The notes under the pieces: model-generated | Seen by the model: the letters and a program-made list of their open reading frames with translations, nothing else | Told to the model about the DNA's origin: nothing | Database searches by the model: none | Shown: positions 11,957-23,411 of the stretch, one piece after another | Layout of the letters: each line of letters opens with the position of its first letter | How positions within the stretch are numbered: position 1 is the first letter of the stretch | Translations under genes and position numbers: made by a program | DNA from: Tricharina praecox | Taxonomy: Eukaryota | Length of the DNA: 64,000 nt | Direction of reading: 5' to 3' | Assembly: GCF_024521635.1 (NCBI RefSeq) | Contig: NW_026250408.1 | Coordinates: forward strand, 248,001 to 312,000

Positions 11957-13465
11957 ATATCGAATCGGTTTTTTCTTTCTTTCTGGATTGGGATTTAGGA
12001 TGGCCATGGTGTTGTGGTTGTGTGTGTTCTGTACGGTGGAGCGAAAACAAAATAATTGACGATGCGATGCGGGGGATTGAAGAGCATCTGACTGACGGCG
12101 GACGGTGGACGCGGGTGGTGATGTGATGTGATGTGATGATGCGATCCCTACGTGCGATCTAATTGAGGAATCGGCGCACAGTTCCCACTCTGCCTGAGTA
12201 CTACCGAAATACACGCCTACTCTACTCTACTCTGCTACACATAGAGATGTCGAAATCTCCATGTAGATACATAGAGTACATAGAGTGTTGACATGTCGCC
12301 CCGTCGGACCCCGGGAGAGTGGAGTACCCACTACCCACTACCCAGCATGCGTAGGGGTGTCCCGGACCTCCCCAGCCCCATCCCCAGCGGCCAGCCCCAG
12401 CCAGCCCTCGCGAGTCGCGAGTCCCCGACCTCACTCCCTTTAATTATGACGTCGTCCCCTAGAACCCCAGAATCCTTCCATCGGATCGGACATCCTTCCA
12501 TTCTTCCCCCGTTCCCCCGTATTTCCGTGGTGGCGTTGACTCGTCGGAGCGTCGGAGCGTGGATAGGGGGAGGATTTATAGTGCTTACGTAGGGAATGTA
12601 GAGTACTCCCGAGACGTTGTGTTCGCAGTGGGGGGCTTGGCTAGAGTACTGTGGGATTCGGGGGGCCAGACCCGATGCGGTCGGCGGTCGCCTCAACGTT
12701 GAGAACTTGAGATGTTCTCTGTTACTGCTTTTATGTTCGTCTGGTCGGTCAGTCTGTCGTTCAATACACGAAACATCAGACATTATTAGTTTAACATCAC
12801 GGAAGTACTTGAGGTTGTTCGGCTTGAAGAATACAGGCTGCTTTTCATTCTTGTTGTTTTCTAGCGAATTCAATCAGTCTCGCCAGTTGCCCGTACCCGT
12901 TGGAGACTCGGAGGTCTCTCACTAGTGCTGACGCATCCATCAGTCGCTCGGCTCGATCGGCTCACTCGGATCAATCGGCTTGCTCGGCTTACTCGGGGTT
13001 GGTGAGAGGGGGACGGCGAGGAAGGGAGGGGGGGATGATGGAGGCGGAATGGAGGCGGAATGGAGTTGGGATTGTGGAAAGGAAGTGGAAAACGAAAGAA
13101 AAGACTAGAGTACCTAGAATGGGATACCTAGAACAGGAGGGGATTACTCGCACGGTGTTCATCACAATGTCTCACTCGCCCTTCTAGTCAGGTACGGTAT
13201 CGTAGTTATGCCGATCCGATCTGCGGATTACGGTACCAGTAGGTAGTGGGTCCCCCCGAACGGTCGTGTATTGTACATACATACATCATGTACATATAGG
13301 TAGATGGTACTTCCCAGCAGCGCCATGATGCGATACGATAGGTACACTCTGCCGAATCCGCTCGATGACTTTGCGAAGCCGGCGGCGGGCGGGGGCGGGG
13401 GTGGGGGGCCTTCATTAATGGTTGGTCACAAAAGACTTTGTCGCGCCTGCACGTGGATGCGACAC

Positions 13466-13520
13466 GCGATGGTGCGATGGTGCGATGGTGCGATGGTGCG
13501 ATGGTGCGATGGTGCGATGG
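13466..13520. repeat. (GCGATGGT)n octamer array, ~7 copies
   Basis: Read directly; it generates the spurious MVRWCDGA repeats in the ORF track. Confidence 0.9.
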
Positions 13521-13917
13521 CGGGACGGCGGGATACGGAATGGTGTCCTACGGGATGGCGGCACAGCGAGCACGGCGGGACTGTTCCTGTCTGCCGACGG
13601 GGTCGGATATCTGGTACCATGGCGCTGGGGTGGTCCGACCGTCCGAGGAGTTCGAGACTAACCTCCAGGCGCGTCTCCACGTGCGCCGATGGGGGATGGC
13701 GGAGTTCGTCGCGACCCGCGGGGAGCGGGCTTATACCGGTACCAAGTTGGTAGTCGGTACTCGGTCTCGGGCGCGGGCGCGTGCGGCAGTGCGAGGCTGC
13801 GTGGGCTGCGTGAGGTTGCGTGAGGCTGCGGGGCTTTTGCAACCCGTAGGTGACGGTGAAAACATCCCGCAGCCCGCTCAAGAGAGTACCTATCGGCACT
13901 GCCGCGACACATTTGTA

Positions 13918-14312
13918 GGTCCCGTTTGGATGGCCTCAGTTTTTCGAGAAACTGAGCAAATGGAACTGAGACCCCGTTTGGATGGCACAAAAACTTTTTT
14001 AAAAAAACCGAAACTGTGCGGCTCCAGCGACGAAACTGGTACTGACCTCGAGAGGTCATTTCTTTGCCGCCATTCAGTATCGCATTTTAACTTCAACCAT
14101 GAGAAAAAAGCGGGGCCACAATGTGTCCACTATTAAAGCTCTGGTGAAGCCTATTATTCAGACTTATGGCTGAGTAATCTGAGAACTGCCAAACACTCTA
14201 TTCACCTCAAGGTTTTCCGGAAACTGAAACTGGACAGTGTTCGGTGTCCCGGCAGGGAACTGGATTTGCCACTAAAACTGGAACTGAAAAGTGAGTGCAT
14301 CTAAACGGGCCC
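13918..14312. mobile_element. Non-autonomous MITE, PIF/Harbinger (Tourist-like), 395 bp
   Basis: The left end GGTCCCGTTTGGATGGCCTCAGTTTT and the reverse complement of the right end GGGCCCGTTTAGATGCACTCACTTTT form a ~26-bp imperfect TIR. GGGCCCGTTTG-type ends are typical of PIF/Tourist elements. An internal TIR copy lies at ~13972-13986, and TA flanks both ends. Confidence 0.8.
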
Positions 14313-17300
14313 TATGGACAAAGCTTGTCGATGAAAGTCGACAGTCGACATCATGCAAAATCACTCACTGATGGTGATGTATTCCAGCAAGGGAAGAGCG
14401 ACATTACCTTTTTTTAGGCTCGCAACAGCTGTGGAGGCTGGTAGTGAACAGGAAAGTGCATAGGGCGCTAAATCAAGCCACTAATACCATCTGAGGCACT
14501 ATAGACAGGCCACGGTCCAAAATGCCACGAGCTTGAGCACTGAGATGCGGTCGAATGCATTAGGATGGAACCTAAAAAAAACGTGAACCCCAATACCCGA
14601 TGAACCAGTTATCAACGTTAAGGCAGACCCATAAGTAGCTCATCGTGACCTGCAGGAGGTCAGGAATCCATCCTGCTATCCTACTATCCCGCTGGACGGG
14701 TCCGACAGGTCCGACGGATCCGGGAGGGTCAAGCATCTAAAAAAAGGACAGGTCCAGACTCCAGACTGCAGACTTCAGACACAAATCCGACTCGTTGTGG
14801 TTGTGCAAGAAAGTGCAGACCCTGCAGTAGGCTTCCGAGGAGCACCGAGACCATACCCGGAGAGGACAGCAATGAGGAGGGGGAGGATGTGGAGGAGGAG
14901 GATCGGAGATTAGCGAGTGGATCGTCCGTCAATCGCGGGGGGCGTGGCGGGTAGGGGCGGAGCGTGGGGCGGGAGGATCAGCGATCCAATGCGTACGTGT
15001 GCTTCTTTTCTTTTGTTCTGGCTGGACACGGTTACCAATGAAACAATCTGGGTGCCAGGAACGTCACACGGTGCCAACATGCCAGGTTTCGACCTGGACG
15101 GCGGCGAGTGACCAATAGGATACAGGTTTTGGAACAAATCGTGAATCCGCGATCCGGAATCTGGAAGGTCAAATGCAGTATGATGAAATAGCTGAAGAAA
15201 ACCCTGAATTCCCGCCTCCCCCTCTGGCTGGACGGCCGTATGTATGTAGTATTGACTCTGGAATCTGGAGTTGAGGCAACCATGAAAAATTGATTCTCGA
15301 CACCTGCGTAACCTTAGCTGAGATCCAATCATTGGCCTATCTAGATAGAGAGTTTCATCTAAACGTTCGCCCTCACCCCCCAGAGCTGTTCGGTTTGGTT
15401 TCGTTCTCATTTGTTTCAAGATGGTCTTGTCACCACTAACCAAGGTGCTTCTCCAATGAGATGGCCCACTTGTGATTTGTCGAGCCGGTCGACCTCTAGG
15501 TCACGCGCACTGTTACTTGGCAGGACGACTACGGTACTTCACCGAGTGGAGCGTATACGTCCCTCGTGACATCGTGTTTTGGATTGCGCGTGTGTATGTA
15601 CTGCACATACATGCATACAGCCGCGAGTGAAAAGGTGTGGACAGGACTGACTCCTGACTCCGGCTGTGAGGCAGAAACCGAGTACCGTAGATAACGGGAG
15701 CTCTGTAGACTGTTACCGAAGCTTTCTATGTACATAGCGGACGGATAGCGAAGACTGGGCTACAGTAGTGTAATAGTGTACTACCGGTACGGCTGAAAAT
15801 ATGGACATTCGTGGCCGCGGCGCGAGCAGTCCGACAGACAGACGCAGAATGCCGATATTCCCCATGAACTACACGCACGTGTTGACCTAGCCTGAAATGC
15901 GGAATACATAGTCTGTATAAACAGCCGAAACGAGGGTTTACGATAATGTCTGATGGTATGTACTGCCATCCCAGGTGAAATACGATGTTGGTTCGCGAGA
16001 TAGCAGTGCTAACTTACCACCCCTCCAACACTGCCGGACGATGCGTCACAGGTGTTTTCGCTGTTATCGATGTAAATCCAACGCCCATATTCAAAGAATA
16101 TACATAGGAGTATGTACTTTCTCGTCCGCATCACTAGACACCAATTTTTTGACTGTGTCGTAGATGCTTGGGTAAACAGTACCAAGACGGCGAAATAGGT
16201 AAGACCCTGGGCCAAAAGTCTGACACAGACGAGCACTCGTAAACCCGTCCCCATCCATAATCCATATGAGAATCGTCCCCCACGTCCCACGCCCAGCGAA
16301 CCGTTCTATTTTTGGTTTTGTTTCATCATCACTGCACTCGGCCGGTATCGGCCAATGACTATCATAGTAGTGGAGATATTCGCTCCGTAGTTCTGCTCCC
16401 CCACGTATCTACGAGTAGTGGGGGCACGTAGGTTGGAGCGTCCCCATCGCCGTCTCCCAACAAAAGGAACTAATTACTGTACACTCGAAGTAAAAGACCT
16501 AAGAGGTGATCAACTCGCAGTCTCCCATCCTTCTCCCGCTCCTACTCCTGTACTCCTCTACTCCTCCGAAAATCTCACGACTACGGTACTCTGCCCTGCT
16601 GCCATCAGCGTCTCTGGGGCCTGGGAAAGCCCTTTATTCCTTGAATGAACTTTTGTTCAGCCAACAGATATATCTGCACCTGCACCTGTCAAATTCGTTT
16701 CTTCTTGCATCGCCAGCTCACCACTTGCACTTTTTAGAAAAGCGGTGTGCACATTACACAACTCTCGTTAATCCCGCGGTCGGTCCACCACACGATTCTT
16801 ATTCTGCCTCTCTCCAAATTACCTTTAGGTACCGCGCACTCAGGGTGTGGCCTGGCGGTCTTGCGTTGACGATACCGGGCAGTGATCATTATCGACGTCT
16901 TCCCTCACAGGCACACAGTAAAACTACGGCTCCACTCTCAGTTGGTACATAGGGCGGGGGGATTTACAGCACCTCGTCTAGACGACCCACTCATTGATGA
17001 CCGACCAAAACCCATCCCACCTCCTTCCAACAGCTCGTCGCGAGTGATACCACATGCACCTCTACGTATTAACCCATTCATGGCTCGGCGGCAAATAACC
17101 ACCCCGGCACTTACATTCCAGGTTTGGACTGAATCTACAAGATTAGCTGATAGCGAGTTGGAATGTTCCATTCCACTGCAGTCTTCTCCGCACTCGGCGA
17201 TTTGCATGATGGAGCGGGAGAAAAAATACAGCACAGCCCCCCCCCCAGCCCCTACCAGCCTCAGGTTCTCCGCTTTTGTGCAGCCCGTCGAATGCGTGGA

Positions 17301-18957
17301 TCCTCCACATAACAACCCCTCAGCCCCCCCACCCACCACCCGAACCTCCGCGGAGAGAGAGAGTCGCCGACTGTTGGTACACAGTTCATATCATCCCGTA
17401 TACACACACACATACACGCAGACATACACACGACTCAGCAAAGAACACGCCGGAATATACACCTAAGCGAAACGATCGTATGTCGAGGCCACGAATGACC
17501 CATATCTACCACCCTACCTCCACGTCGACGTGGAGAGTGAGGGATACCTGCACGGACGCATCGCATCGTATCGATTCGAATCAGATAGGATACGGTTGGT
17601 GGGTGGTGCTGGTGGTGGTGCTGCTGGTGGTGACGATAACGACACTGAACGGCGACTCGATGAGCGATTTGAGTCCGGGGATCTACGGCGAACGGTGTTG
17701 GGTTCTTGTCGACTTCCTTTGGGGGGAGGGGGGGCTGGGCTGGCAGGAAAAGCGACGAGAGTTTGAGGCGGACGAGATGCTCAGGTGTCATGAGTCGCTC
17801 GCTGCATCTGCAGCAGCTCGAAGGGTCGGTAAGTGGCTTCTTTTCTTCTTCTTCTTCTTCTTATGTGCTGCCGCGAGCCTGTTGTCATCCATCGATTTGA
17901 CAGGTTGACTGCTGACTAGGTGCTTGCTGACGCTGCGGTCATCATCCTCACATACTCACGAGAACTGGCGGATTTGCGGTGGCATGTAGTTTTGCCGGCT
18001 ATCATAAGCGAGCTCCACCTCCGCCTTCACCTCCACCTCCACCTCCACCTTCCATGCATCGATGGATCACTACTCCAGAGTCCGGGGAGATGGACGCTAT
18101 GTATGGGCTGCAGAAGTGACTGCGACGAGAGCCATAGTCCAGCACTGCCCGCTGAGATCCCCGGTTCTGGAAATCAGCTCGTTCTCGAAGGTTGGAAAGA
18201 AGGCGTGGACGAGGAATTGAGCAATATAATGGCACACAGAGGATCTGGGATCGGTATTTGGAAATCGCTCCACGCTTGGGAGGGCGAGACACTGGTGTGA
18301 ACGATAGGGGGGGAATGCTTACTGCTGCTGCTGCTCGAGGAGGGATGGCCAATTGATGGTGGACAGCTCAGACTCATTCCGAAGGCTTCGACGACAAAAC
18401 CGCTCGGCGCCGCAATCGATCGATCGCTGCGAGTCCACGGCTTCCGTTACATACAACCCACACCCACATCGACGATGGGGAGAACGCCGAGACGAAGTGT
18501 AGCCCTTCCTGTGGTTATACTTCGCAGCTTGGCCGGTCATGCGAATCAGCGCCTCGTAAGAGCGGCTCACAGTGGGAGGAGAGAAGGTCAGAGTGGGACA
18601 CCGCATGGGTCGAGTGGGCTTGGGGGTAAATCAGGGCTACAGCGACATCTTCTAGAAGGCAAAGGGCCATCTTCTAGAAGGGAAGGGGCGAGCTTGGGTA
18701 TTGGATTTCCGCGATTGCCTTTGTAGGGGCATCTGACCACCTACAGCCTGCTCTGCTGGGGGTTCGGCTTCTAAAAGTCGGAAGTGCCTTCTCATATGAG
18801 CAATAGTTAGTATTCGTACCTCGTAGAATAATGCCAAGATTCAAACAGAAAGAAATCCTACCCAAAGTGCAGCTAAAAAGTGCTTACTTCATCCTGCAGA
18901 ACGTTTGATTGTCCTTTATATACCAAAAAACATGACAGCCGTTATAGCAAGCTACGA

Positions 18958-19029
18958 GACTCCGTGGCGCAACGGTAGCGCGTCAGATTCCAGACCTGAA
19001 GGCTGCGTGTTCAAATCACGTCGGGGTCA
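18958..19029 (+). tRNA. tRNA-Trp (CCA), intronless, 72 nt
   Basis: Cloverleaf: acceptor GACTCCG/CGGGGTC plus discriminator A, D-arm GCGC-AACGGTA-GCGC, anticodon arm TCAGA-TTCCAGA-CCTGA (CCA at 18990-18992), T-arm GCGTG-TTCAAAT-CACGT. A and B boxes are intact. Confidence 0.95.
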
Positions 19030-19053
19030 TACCTAGACACTCGAGCTTGCATC

Positions 19054-19058
19054 TTTTT
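19054..19058 (+). terminator. RNA polymerase III oligo-T terminator for tRNA-Trp
   Basis: T5 run ~25 nt downstream of the tRNA 3' end. Confidence 0.6.
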
Positions 19059-21096
19059 AACTTCCGTTTGCGTCGGCTTGACTGTTAGCAGAATTTGTTT
19101 TTGGTTTTTGACCGGTGTCTAAGGACTGTGCGCAGTGAGCACTGAGAACGGGTCTAACTTCAGGGACACTCCTTCGGCGTTCAATCCCTGGTCATCGTAC
19201 ACAACCTTTGCCTGTGACCCACCATACAAGACAAGGCTGAGCATCTACACCTCCAGAGTAGCTCTTGTGACCAGCAATGTTTCTGACCATCCCTGGCGCT
19301 CCATGATTATCCCCCGATGGTCCAGCAGTTCAGTTTCGAATAGGTCTGCAGAATCATCCAAACAAGTTGGCAGTTTACACAGCTGAGGGGGCGAGAAAAA
19401 AAACAAACAGGAATTAGAATGTAAGCCGTGTTTTCTGGAAGCATGGAAGCATGGAAGCTACCAGGTATGTGTGTGAGGCTCTCTGCGGGTCTGAGGGGGG
19501 GAGGGGAGGGATTTCTCTTTCTACTCTGCTCTACTCTGCTGCGTGGCGCTTACCTACGGTAAGGCAATAGAGTAGTATCCGCTCATTCAATAATATGATG
19601 TTGCTTGCGGTCGGACGTCGTGTGACTAGACATGTATGTAGGATGTCCAGCACAAACACGGCTGCACCAGCCACATCATGGTTGGGCGAGCGAGTGATAC
19701 CGACGCCGCCCTTTCTTTGGCCCTGGAGGCTGTAGAGGATCTGTGCGGTGTGTGTACATCGAGAGTAAATACTCTACTAGTACGTACTCTACATACTGTG
19801 ATACGCGGGACCAGTCAGGGCAAACGCTGCTTTCCCCTCCTCCTCCCTTTCTCATCCTCGTCATCATCATCGTACGTTCCCCGCGCCCATACCCTGGCAA
19901 ACGTATCACAATCTTCTTCCGCAGGTCCTCCTCCCACTGGCAGGCCCTACCTACTACCTAGAAGCTCAAACCTCAAGCCGGCTGCCTCCAGCGAACCGGA
20001 CAGGGAAGGGAAAGGAAGAGGTCGGCTATTATTACCTTACGTTACCTCGCCTTCCGACCGCCGCCTGGCACCGTGACCACTACTCTACATACCACTATGC
20101 ACCCACCAGTACCATGACCGCCATCAGCACCACTATCGCCAGCCGTCTCGACTCTCGAGTCTCACATACCCATTGCCCCAGCTCGCCAGCAGCCAGCTAG
20201 CCCTAAGCTGGAAAAGTAGATTGCGGAGAGACGGATTGAGGAGTTAGGGGGAAGAGATGGGATGGGATGGGATGGGAAAGGCGACGAACGCCATACCGTT
20301 GCGCGTGCAAACGCCAAATCGGCAGGCCCCTGGCCATTAATGCTAGTAGAGTAGCTGCTCAGCGTCCGTGCGGCGTGCGCACGCGAAGCGGTTCTATTAC
20401 ACACTCTAGTTACTAGTTAGAACCAACTAGAGTATATGCACGACGAAGCAACTGCATGTGAGTAGAGGAGGTATGCTCTAGATGGAGAGGGATGGATGGA
20501 TGGCGATGGATGGCTCGATGGATGACATGTAGAGTAATTACTGTAGAGTACATAGGAACTTCTCCAGTAAGGCAAGCGCATGTAGCGGTACTACTAATTG
20601 ATCGATACCCCAATCGCTGACACCTATGTACCAGCAGGGCAGGCCGTCGCTGTGATCGACATAGTACATTTAGGTAGGGAGTAGGTACTCACACCGGGTA
20701 GGTATTAGTTAGTAGTTACGCGAGCCGACGTTGCGTTTTTTGACGGGTCTTCTTGCTCGGTATGCGCCATACATCTCGGACGTGCATAGGTATGGTGCGG
20801 GCCGCTCGTAACGAAATAGTCTAGGAACTGCGTGGAATCCGTTCGGCGAGAGTAAATAGTGGCCGTGGATTTCGTGCACGTGGAGCGAGGAGGTTGCGAG
20901 ATTTGAAGCTCACACCGCAGTCCCGGTTTTCGGCAAAATTAGAAGCACAGAGAGGAGCAGTCGGCGATCACAAAGTACCGCATCTATCTCTCACGACCGG
21001 GGCAGAGCCGAGTTTGGTACGTACTGTTATATCCCGGAGTTAGGTTACAGGAAGGAAGCTACCTACATACCTACGTGGTAGTTGGAGGAAGCGCGA

Positions 21097-21132
<36 letters not shown>

Positions 21133-22026
21133 ACCTCACCGGTCGCCCAATTCGTAGGGCTATAAGCGGCTTCCATTAAATAGTAGACGGGAGATGGAAG
21201 ACTCTCTGCATGTTTAACGTAGGTAAGGCGCATAATAACACCAGGGCATGATTGGGCGTGAATTCTGCCAAGCTTTACTCTCAGGTATGCTCTAAACTTT
21301 AAAGGTAGACGGGGAGTAGCTTTGAGAAGGAAAGTTGTTGTATTGGTCTTTGTTACGTACAAGAGTCATCCAGGAAGCATTGGAAGAGTTAATCAATCCA
21401 CATAGTTAGGGTCATTGAAGGTATGACTCTAGTAAATGATCAGGAATGACTCTAGTCAATAATCACGACTGCACCCGCGCGTCGAACCTCATTTCAGCCC
21501 TACGTAAACCCCCAGGATCGAGGGCGTGTTCAACTAAGCATCGCTGTTAACTAACTGGAGTATCATGTACGAAATCTAGAGAGAGTGGCGGCAGAGATAC
21601 CTAGTAATTTCGAGATTTCGGCTATCTACCAGACTGATTGATTGTCGATCGCAGTTACCGCTCACCGCTTTTTGCCCTGGCTAACGTCGGCCACTGCTTG
21701 TTAAAGCTGGCACGCTTTTCCGATTGGCTGCCTACAACGTTGACGACGGATTCTGTTCGTTCGTTTGCTGGCTGGCCACAATACCACCACCCTAGCTTTT
21801 CCATCCACCCACTCGCCTGCCTCCCCTCCCTTCGTAGCATATATATTTGTATCTATCCGCCCATCGAGATCACCAATCCAACCATCCAGCCATCCAGCCA
21901 TCTAGCCATCCAGCCAACCTCCGATCAGCGAACAGTCCCGTCTTCAAGCCACAATCCAGCATCAAATCCGCCAGTACCACCAGCACCACCACCAGCACCA
22001 GCACCACCACCACCACCACCGTCACG

Positions 22027-22386
22027 ATGGACAACCCCAACCCTCCCACCGCCGCTGCACAGAAAGCCGCAGACCCCAAGCGCAAGCCCAAGCCCGAGTC
22101 CAAACCGGCCGAAAACAGCACTCCCACTCCCACTCCCACTCCCACTCCCACTCCCACTCCCACTCCCACTCCCACTCCCACCGCTCCTCCCGCCGCTACT
22201 CCCGCCGCTACTCCGCCTGCTCCACAGCCCACGCCAAAACCGGAAGAACCCCCCGCATACACCAAAGTCGTCCGCTTCATCCATGACCCGGATGGCCCGT
22301 GGACGCCGATTCTGAACGCCAACACCGACTACGCAGCCGCTGCGGCGGCTAGGCTGGCGGACTTTGAGTGGCGGATTGGTGGGTGA
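22027..22386 (+). CDS. 119-aa orphan protein with (PT)n linker and C-terminal RFIHDPD...LNAN...RLADFEWRIGG motif
   Basis: ATG in GTCACGATGG context, C/G-ending codon bias, (ACTCCC)n encoding PT repeats, TGA at 22384-22386. The C-terminus resembles the 26450 protein. Confidence 0.65.
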   Translation: MDNPNPPTAAAQKAADPKRKPKPESKPAENSTPTPTPTPTPTPTPTPTPTPTAPPAATPAATPPAPQPTPKPEEPPAYTKVVRFIHDPDGPWTPILNANTDYAAAAAARLADFEWRIGG

Positions 22387-22932
22387 TGTGGTTCTTAGGG
22401 GACGGTGGTCGCTGAGGGGGATGGGGATGCCACTGCTGTGGATGGAGAGTAGCAGTGGAGGTGCAGTGGAGAGTGGAGGCGGTAATGGTCACTGGCGTGT
22501 TGGGTTGTATTTTGTGGCAGCGTTTCTTACGGCGAGAAGAGGCGGGGCCGGTGGGACGGTTGAACGGACTACGGTTGGACAATTGGACGAAAACAGGGCG
22601 AACGGCGGATGGATGGCAGTGGATCTTGTACTATCATCTGTTTCCTTTAGGCTTTCCTTTCCTTTCGGCAATCTTGTATTACTCCCCTTCCCCCCGGGCC
22701 CTCCCTACTACCCCGTATGTAAGACGTGAGCGGTTTGTTTCCGACAGGGTCGGGGGGTGTGTCGTCCGATATCTACTCTCGATTGGTAGGATCTACATAC
22801 GTACTTCTTACCTACTCTGAAATAAACAAAACGTGTGGTCCTACCACACTCTGCTTTCTGGAACCCTGGAACTCTAAAGCTCTGGAACATGGTTCCCTAG
22901 CACAGATGAATCGCAGTGGAAATACTAGTACT

Positions 22933-23028
22933 TGTGCAATTACACATATGCACGGCATGCAGTCTGTGCAATTACACATATTCACGGCATGCAGTCTGTG
23001 CAATTACACATATGCACGGCATGCAGTC
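22933..23028. repeat. Three head-to-tail copies of a 32-bp unit (TGTGCAATTACACATATGCACGGCATGCAGTC)
   Basis: Copies at 22933-22964, 22965-22996 (one mismatch) and 22997-23028, with no spacers. Confidence 0.9.
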
Positions 23029-23380
23029 TTCATGCACGTTGGGTGGTGATGTATGTCGGATCAGCTGCGCACAGCCCAAATCGCACCTTGCATATGACTA
23101 GCATCACCTACTATACATAAGCCCAAAATGAACCATGCACGGTCGATTTACATAAATGCATATACAGATGGAGATCATCAACAGATTTCGTAAGTATAAA
23201 GTTACGTATCTACAGAACATGAAAACAAACACACTGGTACTAGTAGAGTACTCGGTATACGTAGGCAGGTCAAATTAAGTAGGAATATCAAAAACCCAGA
23301 GCCCAGAGCACCGAACCCCCAACTCCATACCCCATACCCTGTACCATGGCCATGCCCAAATATAACGATTGTAAACGGGC

Positions 23381-23411
<31 letters not shown>

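Noticed and set aside
14760..14955. TRCGCARKCRPCS plus acidic tail resembling a transposon-associated CXC domain
   Set aside because: Incomplete Cys pattern and no adjoining transposase sequence seen.
22933..23028. 32-bp repeats of CRISPR-like length
   Set aside because: Units are contiguous with no spacers, there are no cas genes, and the context is eukaryotic; this is a simple minisatellite.
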